Assembly (NCBI GenBank): GCA_020636835.1
Contig: JACJXC010000007.1
Location: forward strand, 281,229-345,228
Direction of reading: 5' to 3'
Length of the DNA stretch: 64,000 bases
Origin: Bacteroidales bacterium
GTDB lineage: Bacteria; Bacteroidota; Bacteroidia; Bacteroidales; Tenuifilaceae
Below are positions 1-9,732 of this stretch, in pieces. Below the pieces are notes generated by a model. That model was not told the origin of the DNA. It saw nothing but the letters and a program-made list of their open reading frames with translations, and ran no database searches. Numbering within the stretch: position 1 is the stretch's first letter; the number at the start of each line of letters is the position of its first letter. Both the position numbers and the translations under genes were made by a program.

Positions 1-73
1 TTTTTTTGTAAAAAAGAGTGTTATGTTTGTATTTATTAATTACTTTGAACACTAAACAACTAACCAATTTAAT

Positions 74-1780
74 ATGAAAATGAAAGGTTTGAAACTCGGG
101 ATCATCGCTCTAGCCGCTTTAGTAATAGCAGCTTGCGGTGGCATTGAAAAGATGAAAGAGCTGCCCGCCGGCTTTACCGTAAAGTTAACCCCCAACCCCA
201 TGGAGGTTCACGGTAATAAGGTAAAAGCAACCATCGAAGGCACAATTCCGCCAAAGTATTTCAACAAAAAAGCTACTGTTGAAATCACTCCTGTTATTGT
301 TTATAAAGGTGGTGAACTAGCCCTACCTGTAAAAGTTCTTCAAGGTGAAGATGTACAAGCCAACAACCAGGTGATTAACTACGAAGCAGGCGGAACCTGG
401 AAACACGACATTGAGTTTGACTACAAGGACGAAATGTTCAACTGCGAACTAGAATGCCGTTTGGCCATTTCGTACAAGGACAAAAAAGTTAACGTTGAAG
501 CCCCTCAAAAAGTTGGTATCGGAACTCTTGCAACCTACAAATTGGTTGACATCGATCCAAAACCAGTTATGATGGCTCACAAATTTGTTCGCGTTAACTC
601 AGAGCAAAAAGAAGCTCAAATTAACTTCGTAATTCAGAAATCGGATATTCGCAAATCTGAATTAACCAAGGAAGAGCTAAAAGTGCTAAACGATTTCCTA
701 GTTGAAGCCACCAAAACTGAAGGTAAAGCTGTTAAAGAAATTAAGGTTTCGGCTTACGCTTCGCCCGATGGCCCTGAAAAACTAAACGAAAAACTTTCGC
801 AAGATCGTGGTAAGAATACCGATAAATACCTTGCCGATGTTTTCAAAAAGGCCAAAGTTGAAAACACAACCGCCGCTACTGTTGAAACTACCACCGAGGA
901 CTGGGATGGTTTCCAAAAATCTGTTCAAGCTTCGGATATCGAGGACAAGGAGTTAATTATCCGCGTTCTTTCCATGTACTCCGATCCTGAGGTTCGCGAA
1001 AAAGAAATCAAGAACATATCGAAAGTTTACAAAGTATTAGCAGAAAAAATCCTTCCCGAACTTCGTAGAGCAAAAATGATTGCAACTGTAGAAGTTATGG
1101 GTTACTCTGACGATACCCTTAAATACATGGTAAACAACAATGCTTACGACACCTTAAATGTAGAAGAAATGCTTTACGCTGCTACATTAATTGATGATGT
1201 AAACAAGAAGATTGAGGTTTACATGAAAGCTGGCGATAAATACAACTGCGCACGTGGTTATAACAACGCAGCTTGCTTAAGCATTAAGAACAACGACCTA
1301 GCTGCTGCTAAAGCTGCCCTAGATAAAGTACCAGCTGACCAGAAGATTCCTGCCGTTATAAACAACCGTGGTTGCGTTGCTTTAATGGAAGGCAACATGG
1401 ACGAAGCAGAAAAACTATTCACCGAAGCTGCTGATGCAGGCACCGAGGCTAAGTACAACCTAGGTATTATTGCTATTATCAAGAATCAGTACCCTGCAGC
1501 TGCAGAATACCTCGCTGGTTCCGATACATTCAACCAAGGTTTAGCACTTCTTCTTAACGCTAAGGTTGATGCTGCTAAAAACACCTTCGCTAAGGTTGAA
1601 ACTGCCAAAGGATACTATGGTCGCGCAATTGTAGGCGCACGCTTACAAGAAGAGGCTACAGTTCTTGACAATCTTCGTACTGCCATTGGTAAAGATGCTA
1701 GCCTAAAAGATCGTGCTAAAGAAGATGTTGAATTCCGCAACTACTTCCAAAACGAGGCTTTCAAAGCTATCTTCCAATAA
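74..1780 (+). CDS. Putative lipoprotein. N-terminal lipobox signal (…IAACGG), a central segment loosely OmpA-C-like, and C-terminal TPR-like repeats.
   Basis: Long ORF with a signal peptide plus Cys lipobox. Followed by a clear intrinsic terminator. No firm family assignment. Confidence 0.6.
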   Translation: MKMKGLKLGIIALAALVIAACGGIEKMKELPAGFTVKLTPNPMEVHGNKVKATIEGTIPPKYFNKKATVEITPVIVYKGGELALPVKVLQGEDVQANNQVINYEAGGTWKHDIEFDYKDEMFNCELECRLAISYKDKKVNVEAPQKVGIGTLATYKLVDIDPKPVMMAHKFVRVNSEQKEAQINFVIQKSDIRKSELTKEELKVLNDFLVEATKTEGKAVKEIKVSAYASPDGPEKLNEKLSQDRGKNTDKYLADVFKKAKVENTTAATVETTTEDWDGFQKSVQASDIEDKELIIRVLSMYSDPEVREKEIKNISKVYKVLAEKILPELRRAKMIATVEVMGYSDDTLKYMVNNNAYDTLNVEEMLYAATLIDDVNKKIEVYMKAGDKYNCARGYNNAACLSIKNNDLAAAKAALDKVPADQKIPAVINNRGCVALMEGNMDEAEKLFTEAADAGTEAKYNLGIIAIIKNQYPAAAEYLAGSDTFNQGLALLLNAKVDAAKNTFAKVETAKGYYGRAIVGARLQEEATVLDNLRTAIGKDASLKDRAKEDVEFRNYFQNEAFKAIFQ

Positions 1781-1800
1781 CAAAGGATATGAATTAATAA

Positions 1801-1832
1801 AAAAAAGACCGGACAATGTCCGGTCTTTTTTT
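1801..1832. terminator. Bidirectional rho-independent terminator. A-tract, then agaccgga / tccggtct stem, then T-tract.
   Basis: Perfect 8-bp GC-rich hairpin with a 5-nt loop. It is flanked by A6 upstream and T6 downstream and sits between convergent genes. Confidence 0.85.
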
Positions 1833-1849
1833 ATTGGGTAATGATAAAT

Positions 1850-2389
1850 TTACCTCTGCAATTTCGAAAAGAAGTCCCAAAGCACAATACCTGCCGAAAC
1901 CGATATATTAAAGGAATGCTTGGTGCCGAACTGAGGAATCTCTATGCACTCATCGGATAAATCAACTACAGCCTGATCGACCCCCCTAAGCTCATTTCCA
2001 AAAACCAATGCATACTTTTCTCCATCCTGTGGCTGATACGATATCAGGTTAAGACTGTACTCGGCCTGCTCAACCGAAATCACCCTGTAACCCAAGTCTT
2101 TTAGGGCAGCAATAGCCTTTGGGGTTTCGTCGAAATACTCCCACACCACAGAGCTCTCTGCGCCAAGCGCTGTACGGTGAATCTCCTTATCGGGAGGTGT
2201 CCCTGTAATACCACAAAGCAACACCTTTTCGACCAGTAACGCATCGGAAGTGCGAAACACCGACCCCACATTGTTTAAACTCCTAATATTATCGAGCACT
2301 ACAATAATAGGCAACTTATCAACTTTCCGGTACTCCTCAACGGTTTTGCGGTTCAATTCGCTATTGGCCAACTTTCTTTTCTGAATCAT
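1850..2389 (-). CDS. SpoU/TrmH-family RNA 2'-O-methyltransferase
   Basis: Motifs LVFGNELRGV and …IEIPQFGTKHSFNISVSAGIVLW are typical of the SPOUT MTase C-terminus. Confidence 0.8.
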   Translation of the reverse strand: MIQKRKLANSELNRKTVEEYRKVDKLPIIVVLDNIRSLNNVGSVFRTSDALLVEKVLLCGITGTPPDKEIHRTALGAESSVVWEYFDETPKAIAALKDLGYRVISVEQAEYSLNLISYQPQDGEKYALVFGNELRGVDQAVVDLSDECIEIPQFGTKHSFNISVSAGIVLWDFFSKLQR

Positions 2390-2471
2390 ATCGATTTGTT
2401 TGCGTGCAAAATTAACATTTTAAAAATGAAACATCCATACCTTCTAACGACGACACTCAGGAGCACGATTT

Positions 2472-2699
2472 TCAGCATGTATGTTCCATCTGACCATTAA
2501 AAAGCAAAAAATAAACAAATGTTTCGAGCCTATAGGTTGACTCTAAATTTTTGTGAAACCGGTCGAAACTCTTCTCGAACGACACGTAGAGTGTAAGCGT
2601 GATAACCCCCAGAAAAGCAACCGTTAAGCTAAGTAGCGTTAGCAGGGTTGATGTTTTGTACCGGAGTACGGTCTTGAAAAAACGTTTTAATTGAAGCAT
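2472..2699 (-). CDS. Possible small membrane protein. One predicted TM helix, immediately downstream of the FtsX permease genes.
   Basis: ORF-track entry only. The hydrophobic stretch LLTLLSLTVAFLGVITLTLYV is the sole support. No homology recognised, so it may be spurious. Confidence 0.25.
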   Translation of the reverse strand: MLQLKRFFKTVLRYKTSTLLTLLSLTVAFLGVITLTLYVSFEKSFDRFHKNLESTYRLETFVYFLLFNGQMEHTC

Positions 2700-2725
2700 C
2701 TCCTAAAAAATTAAATATTACTAAT

Positions 2726-5134
2726 TTACTCGTACCGCAAGCTCTCCACCGGGTTTCGGTTGGCAATTCGGATGTAATTAACGGCAGCAACAATGGCAAT
2801 GGCAAGTAGTATAACCAAACTACATAGAACAAATAACCACCAGTGCAGCGTTATTTTGCTGGCAAAATTCTGCATCCACTGCACGGCAAAGAACCAAGCG
2901 GCCATCAGCCCAATAATAACAGCAGGGATGGCAATATATTCCAAATCGAGGATGAACATCCGAAGAATATCGCGCATTTCGGCACCATTAATTTGCCGGA
3001 TAGCCAATTCCTTTCGCCTACGGGTTGCCTCGCTGGTTGTGTAGCCCAACAAGCCAATGGCTGTTACCAATAGAATAACGAAATTACCGGCCATCATGGC
3101 ATTCCGGAATCCCCTTTCGGGTCTATAACACTGCTGCTGCTCATCGGCCAAACTACTCACCGAAGCATCCATGAATGGAAGATGCGCGTTAAAAACAGAG
3201 GTAATCCGATCCATAGCACCCGCTCCTACTCCAGGGCGCGCCTTCGCAAGCACATACACCGTAAAGGATGGATACTTAACCTTAAGCTGCTCAAAGCGAC
3301 TATGGGGCAAATAGAAGAAAACAGAGGGTCGGGAATCGGCATTGGTCATCGATCCAACAATAAAATCGGGAAATACGCCCACAATTGGATTAGCGCCACG
3401 GCTATTGTGCTCGGTTATCTCAATTTGCTTTCCTACCACACCATCGGCCCAAAGGTTATTCATCTTAAGCATCTCGGCACACTTGCGACTAATCAGCAAA
3501 TCGTATGGCGAAGATTTTTCGTTCGAGAAATTCGCCCCCTCAACCACTGGAATATTCAGAATGTCAAGGTAATTCTCGTCGATATAGTAAAAATCGGCCA
3601 CATTGAACATCTCCCGCTCCCGATCCTCCGAAAGCACATTATTGCCCGAAGCTCCCTCCATGGGCAAACAGCACCCCAAGCCTACCCTTTCGATCTCGGG
3701 CAGTGATCGTATTTCGTTTAATATCGTAGATATTTTGGTACCATCAACCCCGCTGGTCGATGCAACATATACGCCCTCGGTACTGTAGCCATGATCGGCT
3801 CGCATCATCCTGTTATACTGAAGCACAACTACCACCAACATGGTAATGATGAACGATGCCCCAATAAACTGCATAAAAAGGAGTGCCAACTTCCACTTGT
3901 TGCCTTTTTGACGGTAGGTTCGGAACGCATTTGCCACGGGAATCCGGGAGAAGAAGCGCCCTGGCAAATAGCTAACCAGTAGTACCATCAGCACCATGAT
4001 ACCAAGCAAAGGCCACACCACTTGAGGATTTAATGCCGACGAAAGCCTATGCCCAACCTGCGCCTCGGCAAAAGGCTTTAACGCAAGGATAATAAGGAAA
4101 GCAGCCACCAGCGAAATGAAAAATACCAGAACGGTTTCAGAAAAAATCATACCCTGCAAATTTCTTACCTGAGCTCCGCAGCATTTATGTATAGCCGATG
4201 TTTTTGCTCTATTTACCAGCGCACTAAGCGTTAAAAGAATATAGTTCATCATCGATACAAACAGCACGGCAAAAGCAATAAAACTGAGGATAAGGATCAT
4301 ATCCTTTGCCGCATCCGAATAAAGGCTGGTTATAGGCTCAAAACTGTACTTCAGCACCATTCCGTTGTTGGCCTCCTCCAGCTTAACAATATCCTGATAC
4401 TTCTCCTGCATTTTACGAACGGCAGGGGCTATTTGCTCCGGGGTGTAACCCTTGGCCAGCCGAACACACGCATAGTATCTATCGTTACCCAGCCAATTTT
4501 CGGTTCCATCCCAAAGAAACTCACTAGTAGATACCATGGAGATAAGAATATCGTACTTATAGTTGGTGTTTTCGGGTAAAACCTCGAAAATTCCGGAAAT
4601 AGTTAACTTCTTATTGGGATACTCCTTCAGCTCGATAATTTTTCCGATTACATCGCCCCCCATTTCAACGGCAATTTTGCTCGATACCATACACTGCATG
4701 GGCGATTTAAGAATCGTAAACGGATCGCCACTAATAACAGGGCGAGGAAGAACCCTGAACAGGTTCTCGTCGGCCAGGGAGAAATCGGCCTTGTAATCCT
4801 TCCGATCTTCGGTGTAAAACACCGAAGAACCAATTCCGTTAAGGCGAGTAGCCTCCTCAACGCCTGGCACCTCGGCCTTCAAACCCGGCGCAATGGCACC
4901 GCTAACCCTAGCGTAACTCTCCAGCTTATCCGACGATTTATCCATCTTAAAGTTCTCGTGAACCACGAAAATCCTGTCCGAATCGGGATAAAAACCATCG
5001 AAACTGTAATAGTAAAACACCTCCGATAGTAATAGGATGCTAAACGCCAATCCGGCTGCTAGCGATAAAATTCGGGTAAAAGAATACTCCCCTTTCCGGA
5101 ATAGTCTGCGAAACGCTATTTTTATTGAACCCAT
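2726..5134 (-). CDS. ABC efflux transporter permease, FtsX/MacB-like
   Basis: About 800 aa. N-terminal TM, large periplasmic domain, and C-terminal 4-TM FtsX domain. Lies in an operon with an ABC ATPase, HlyD and TolC genes. Confidence 0.85.
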   Translation of the reverse strand: MGSIKIAFRRLFRKGEYSFTRILSLAAGLAFSILLLSEVFYYYSFDGFYPDSDRIFVVHENFKMDKSSDKLESYARVSGAIAPGLKAEVPGVEEATRLNGIGSSVFYTEDRKDYKADFSLADENLFRVLPRPVISGDPFTILKSPMQCMVSSKIAVEMGGDVIGKIIELKEYPNKKLTISGIFEVLPENTNYKYDILISMVSTSEFLWDGTENWLGNDRYYACVRLAKGYTPEQIAPAVRKMQEKYQDIVKLEEANNGMVLKYSFEPITSLYSDAAKDMILILSFIAFAVLFVSMMNYILLTLSALVNRAKTSAIHKCCGAQVRNLQGMIFSETVLVFFISLVAAFLIILALKPFAEAQVGHRLSSALNPQVVWPLLGIMVLMVLLVSYLPGRFFSRIPVANAFRTYRQKGNKWKLALLFMQFIGASFIITMLVVVVLQYNRMMRADHGYSTEGVYVASTSGVDGTKISTILNEIRSLPEIERVGLGCCLPMEGASGNNVLSEDREREMFNVADFYYIDENYLDILNIPVVEGANFSNEKSSPYDLLISRKCAEMLKMNNLWADGVVGKQIEITEHNSRGANPIVGVFPDFIVGSMTNADSRPSVFFYLPHSRFEQLKVKYPSFTVYVLAKARPGVGAGAMDRITSVFNAHLPFMDASVSSLADEQQQCYRPERGFRNAMMAGNFVILLVTAIGLLGYTTSEATRRRKELAIRQINGAEMRDILRMFILDLEYIAIPAVIIGLMAAWFFAVQWMQNFASKITLHWWLFVLCSLVILLAIAIVAAVNYIRIANRNPVESLRYE

Positions 5135-5181
5135 AATTATTTTGTATTAGTTATTTTTAAGTTTTAAGAACCATTACACAC

Positions 5182-7608
5182 TTACTCGTACCGCAACGCC
5201 TCCACCGGGTTGCGAGAAGCTGCCCGCCAGCTCTGCCAGCTAACCGTAAGCAGGGCAATGAGCAACGCCAGTAAACCCGCAAGCGCAAAAATCCACCAGC
5301 TGAGCGTGGTTTTGTAGGCGAAGTTCTGCAACCACTTTGTCATGGCGTAGTAGGCAATGGGTGTGGCAATAACAAAGGCAACCCCAACCCACTTTACAAA
5401 CGACCTGTTAAGCATAAACATAATCTCGGAGATGTTTGCCCCATTAATTTTTCGGATACCAATCTCCTTAACCCTTTGCTGCATGCTAAACGATGCCATG
5501 GCGTATATCCCCAGCAGCGATATAACAATAGAGATTAGTGCAAACAACGAAACCACACGGGTTTGTGCATACTCGCTAGCATACACCTTTTGGTAGGTAT
5601 TGGTGAGGTAGTCGTACTCCAACGGAAATGAGGGATTAACCCGTTGCCAAGCAGCGCTTACATCGGCTATGGCCTGTTTGCGGTTCTGCGAGTCGATTCG
5701 GACTAGGAATGTGGAGCTAAACATCTTGCGAGGGGCTATAACCAATGGCCTTTCCGCCATATACAGATTGGTGTAATGAAAATCGGGAACAACACCCACA
5801 ATGGTTCCCGGAGGAAACATCTGGGATAGATGAAACTTTAACTGAAATTTCCGACCAATGGCATCCTCAGGATTTGTAATACCCATCATTGCCAATGCGC
5901 TGCGGTTCAGAATATACTGTTCGCTGTAACTACCCACAGTTTCTGTCAACTCCTTGGTTCGGGAATTGTTGGTTGCGCCCATGTTCTGTAGCATACTTAA
6001 CTCTATGGCTGCGGCCTCCCATTGCTGCGAGGGAACGTAGCCCAGTTTTACCGATCCGGCCAATGGTTCAATACCCAGAAAGGGAAAGAAATCGGAATCG
6101 GTGGTTAAAATATTAATCGACTTTTCGGTGCTATTGTCGAACCCCTCCATCTCAAACTGGAAATGATCGAGAATATCGCCGCCAGGCTCCTCCATTGCCG
6201 ACGTAACACCAATTACCGTAGGGCTTTTCACCAACTCTACTTTAAGCGTTTCGTAACGCTGCACAACCTCCTGCTGATTATTTGGAATTACTAATATATC
6301 GGCGTTTGCGGCCTGCGGATGCTGATAGTTTAAGAAATTCATTTGCCTGTTCAGAACAATAGTTCCAACAACTGTAATAATGGCCAGTACAAACTGAACC
6401 ACTAACGGGAAAGTGTATAGCCGAGCATTTGAGCCGATTAATTGCGTGTTACTAACCATTTTTAGGCCAAAAACCGGAATTACAGCAACCAGTAAGACTG
6501 TTAGAATAAAAGATACAGAAAGTAGCGCAATGCTGAACCAATTACCAAACCCGAGCATGGTGAGTCCCAGAGTTTCTGACAAATTCAGGGCAACAAGAAT
6601 TCCAGCCATTACCGAAATCAACGCAATTGCAGCGGCCTCCGTTGCAAACTCAGCGGCTACAGCCCATCGTGATGCACCATTTATCAATTTAACCTTAACC
6701 GTTTTTATGCCAGCAACAAACTGAACCCTGGTTAGGTTAAGGTGGTTCATTAAAGCAATAAAGATGATAATTAAACCACCGCTCAGCAGCAGTATTATGG
6801 AACGAACATTCCCATTTGGCTCAATCTCGCGCGTTTTATGACTAAACAGATGTATATCGGTTAACTTTTGCAGATGAAGCGTGGCAATAGTTGTATTGGG
6901 CTCCTTATCCTCCTCCCACTTTTGCTGAATGGTGCTGCGGAGATGACCCACATCGGTTGCTGGCTTCATCAAATAATAAGTGTAAGCCCATGTTGTGCGA
7001 TCGGGCAATGCGGTGAACGAGGTAAGTATCTCGGCATGAAAGTGAGAGTTTACGGGAAAATCGTCCATAACGCCCTCAATGGTATAGGTGTTGGCATTGG
7101 GATCCTGCTGATGCGAAATGGCTATTTCCTTACCAACCACATCAATCGATCCAAAGTACTTCAGAGCAATGCCCTTTGATATAAATGCCCTGCCAGGCTG
7201 AATAAAAGCCTTTTGTGGATTGCCAGCCAGCACCCTAAAATCGAATAGGCTGAAAAACGAACTATCGGTCGAAAAAGCTTGATTGGAGTAAAAAAACTTA
7301 TCGCCAATCTTAACGATTGCCTTTTTGAACGGAACCAAGCGAACCATGTTTTCAACTGCGGGATACTCGGCCATTAACTCCTTAGTCCAGGTACCAGCCA
7401 CACGCGCAGGATGCATCGATGTTTCGCCATTATTGCTTTCGAGCGTTACCCTATAAATCCTATCGGACTTAGCATGGAATTTATCGTAACTTAGCTCCTG
7501 CCTGGCGAATAAAAAAACCAGAATGGCACACGCAAACGATGCACTCAAACCAATAACGCTGATAATGTGCCATTGGTAGTTTCGCTTGAGATTCCTTAGA
7601 ATTTTCAT
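5182..7608 (-). CDS. ABC efflux transporter permease, FtsX/MacB-like (second paralogue)
   Basis: Same architecture as the neighbouring permease. The C-terminus …NPVEALRYE is shared with the upstream paralogue. Confidence 0.85.
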   Translation of the reverse strand: MKILRNLKRNYQWHIISVIGLSASFACAILVFLFARQELSYDKFHAKSDRIYRVTLESNNGETSMHPARVAGTWTKELMAEYPAVENMVRLVPFKKAIVKIGDKFFYSNQAFSTDSSFFSLFDFRVLAGNPQKAFIQPGRAFISKGIALKYFGSIDVVGKEIAISHQQDPNANTYTIEGVMDDFPVNSHFHAEILTSFTALPDRTTWAYTYYLMKPATDVGHLRSTIQQKWEEDKEPNTTIATLHLQKLTDIHLFSHKTREIEPNGNVRSIILLLSGGLIIIFIALMNHLNLTRVQFVAGIKTVKVKLINGASRWAVAAEFATEAAAIALISVMAGILVALNLSETLGLTMLGFGNWFSIALLSVSFILTVLLVAVIPVFGLKMVSNTQLIGSNARLYTFPLVVQFVLAIITVVGTIVLNRQMNFLNYQHPQAANADILVIPNNQQEVVQRYETLKVELVKSPTVIGVTSAMEEPGGDILDHFQFEMEGFDNSTEKSINILTTDSDFFPFLGIEPLAGSVKLGYVPSQQWEAAAIELSMLQNMGATNNSRTKELTETVGSYSEQYILNRSALAMMGITNPEDAIGRKFQLKFHLSQMFPPGTIVGVVPDFHYTNLYMAERPLVIAPRKMFSSTFLVRIDSQNRKQAIADVSAAWQRVNPSFPLEYDYLTNTYQKVYASEYAQTRVVSLFALISIVISLLGIYAMASFSMQQRVKEIGIRKINGANISEIMFMLNRSFVKWVGVAFVIATPIAYYAMTKWLQNFAYKTTLSWWIFALAGLLALLIALLTVSWQSWRAASRNPVEALRYE

Positions 7609-7712
7609 CCGTACAAAATTTCTAGTGCATTAATAATTAACACGTTACTTCTCCAACCATAATCTTATTGCCGAGCGGATTAAACACACCTAAACCGCAA
7701 CCGTATTGGCTA

Positions 7713-8411
7713 TTAAAAAACCAACTCTCCAACCTGCCTCTTTACCTCCTCGGTAATAACCTGACCATCGAATAGGTTGATTACCCTATGCGCAAAACCG
7801 GCATCGTGCAAGGAGTGTGTAACCATTACAATTGTGGTTCCCTCGCGGTTGAGCTCGGTGAGCAGGTTCATTACCTCTAAACCATTCTTAGAGTCGAGAT
7901 TACCGGTGGGCTCATCGGCAAGAATCAGCTTTGGGTTGGCAACCACGGCACGCGCAATGGCCACACGCTGCTGCTGGCCGCCCGATAGTTGCTGCGGAAA
8001 GTGCTTACGGCGATGGCTGATCTGCATACGTTCAAGCACCTTCTCCACCATTTCGCGGCGGGTACGCGAGTTCATTTTAAGGTAAACCAATGGCAACTCC
8101 ACATTCTCGTAAACATTGAGCTCGTCAATCAGGTTGAAGCTCTGAAATACGAAGCCAATGTTGCCCTTGCGAAGCGCTGTGCGGTTACGCTCCTTCAGGT
8201 TGCCAACCTCCATCCCATCGAAGAAGTAACTTCCACCCGAAGGATTATCGAGCAGGCCAACAATATTAAGCAGGGTTGACTTTCCACAACCCGAAGGTCC
8301 CATAATGGCCACAAACTCGCCTTTTTGTACATGTAAATTCACCTGATTCAACGCGCTGGTTTCAATTTCCTCGGTGCGGAATACTTTTGATAAGTTAACT
8401 GTTTTAATCAT
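7713..8411 (-). CDS. ABC transporter ATP-binding protein (MacB/LolD-type)
   Basis: Walker A GPSGCGKST, signature LSGGQQQRVAIARA, and Walker B ILADEPT. Confidence 0.95.
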   Translation of the reverse strand: MIKTVNLSKVFRTEEIETSALNQVNLHVQKGEFVAIMGPSGCGKSTLLNIVGLLDNPSGGSYFFDGMEVGNLKERNRTALRKGNIGFVFQSFNLIDELNVYENVELPLVYLKMNSRTRREMVEKVLERMQISHRRKHFPQQLSGGQQQRVAIARAVVANPKLILADEPTGNLDSKNGLEVMNLLTELNREGTTIVMVTHSLHDAGFAHRVINLFDGQVITEEVKRQVGELVF

Positions 8412-8439
8412 AATTGTATGTTTTAGATATTAAAGATTA

Positions 8440-9696
8440 CTATTTCAACACAATCCTCTCGCTATCGCCAAAGGTATCGTAGCTGCTTATTATCACCTTC
8501 TCGTTGGGCTGGAGTCCTTCTATAACCTCATAGAACATGGGGTTCTGCTTGCCAATCTTAATTTTTCGCTTCACAGCCTCAGTTCCATCGGCATTGAGCA
8601 CAAAAATCCACTGGCCTCCAGTACTCTGGAAGAATGGTCCACGGGGCACCATTATGGCCTTGGTGGACTCGCCCAGTTCCAACTTTATGTGATAGGTTTG
8701 ACCGGTACGCACGTTATCGGGCATTGCGCCATCGAAAACCAAATCGACCCGGAACTGACCGCTACGAACCTCGGGGTAAACCTTTCGCACCACCATTTTA
8801 TAGTTCTTGTCGTTACGATCCAAAGCCCCAACCAAATCGCGCTTCACCCGATCGATGTAGTGCTCATCGATATTGGCATTTACCTTGAAGTTGGTTAGCA
8901 CGTTGATTTGTCCAATCCGTTGACCCTGCGAGATGGATTGCCCCACCTCGGCATCGAGCATACCCAGCTGACCATCAACCGTTGCCTTTACATTCAGATT
9001 GTCGATACGCTCATGAACCAATTTTAACATCTCGCGCATCTGGTTAAGGTCGCGCTGAAGGGTGTTCATGGATGTAGCACGCATCAGCGAGTCGTTCTTC
9101 GCCTTTACCCGGTTTATCTCGAGCAACTTCTGCTCGTACTCAAAATCCTCCTTCGATTGCAGGAAATCCTCCTTGGCAATCAAACCCTCGTTGTAAAGCG
9201 ATTGGTTCTGCTCAAAACTTCGCTTTTTACGGGTTAAGCGGTACTCGCTGTCCAAAATATTGCGTTTAGATTGAATTAGCTCGGTTTCGAAGCTAATTTG
9301 GGTATTCCGCAGGTAGTTCTCCTTCTCGGCCAACGCCGCCTCGCTATTCAGAATGGTTTGGTATAGCTGGCGATTCTCGAGACGGAGTATCACATCGCCC
9401 TTCTTAACCATTGTGCCCTCCTCAATAAGGCGCTCATCTACTCGCCCACCCTCCTCGGCATCGAGGTAAATTGTGGCAATGGGCTCAACCTGTCCAATAA
9501 CAGTGATGTAATCGTTAAAAAAACCCTCCGTAACAGTTCCAACGGTCAACCTATCGGCTTGCGTCCGAAACGACGATGTGTTATCGCCAAATATCAACTT
9601 TGCCAAAAAGACAATAAAAATCAAAACGCCAACGCCCCAGTAAATATGTTTCCGTTTAATCCCCTTCTTCGGCTCAATAACTCTATCCATGCTCAT
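8440..9696 (-). CDS. HlyD-family efflux periplasmic adaptor subunit
   Basis: N-terminal TM, long coiled-coil region, and beta-barrel C-terminus. Position in operon fits. Confidence 0.85.
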   Translation of the reverse strand: MSMDRVIEPKKGIKRKHIYWGVGVLIFIVFLAKLIFGDNTSSFRTQADRLTVGTVTEGFFNDYITVIGQVEPIATIYLDAEEGGRVDERLIEEGTMVKKGDVILRLENRQLYQTILNSEAALAEKENYLRNTQISFETELIQSKRNILDSEYRLTRKKRSFEQNQSLYNEGLIAKEDFLQSKEDFEYEQKLLEINRVKAKNDSLMRATSMNTLQRDLNQMREMLKLVHERIDNLNVKATVDGQLGMLDAEVGQSISQGQRIGQINVLTNFKVNANIDEHYIDRVKRDLVGALDRNDKNYKMVVRKVYPEVRSGQFRVDLVFDGAMPDNVRTGQTYHIKLELGESTKAIMVPRGPFFQSTGGQWIFVLNADGTEAVKRKIKIGKQNPMFYEVIEGLQPNEKVIISSYDTFGDSERIVLK

Positions 9697-9732
9697 ATAT
9701 ATCAGTATTTTGTGTTTATATTTTAGTGTTTA

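Noticed and set aside
1258-1482. Numerous 60-180 aa ORFs antisense or out-of-frame within large genes (e.g. 3182..3706, 11668..12090, 13047..13589, 14040..14552, 19680..20195, 50325..50873, 55155..55523, 56283..56786)
   Set aside because: All are fully embedded in strongly supported CDSs on the opposite strand or in another frame. None has recognisable motifs.
2629-2832. 67-aa ORF overlapping the 3' end of the FtsX permease gene
   Set aside because: It overlaps a well-supported CDS in another frame. No signal or features.
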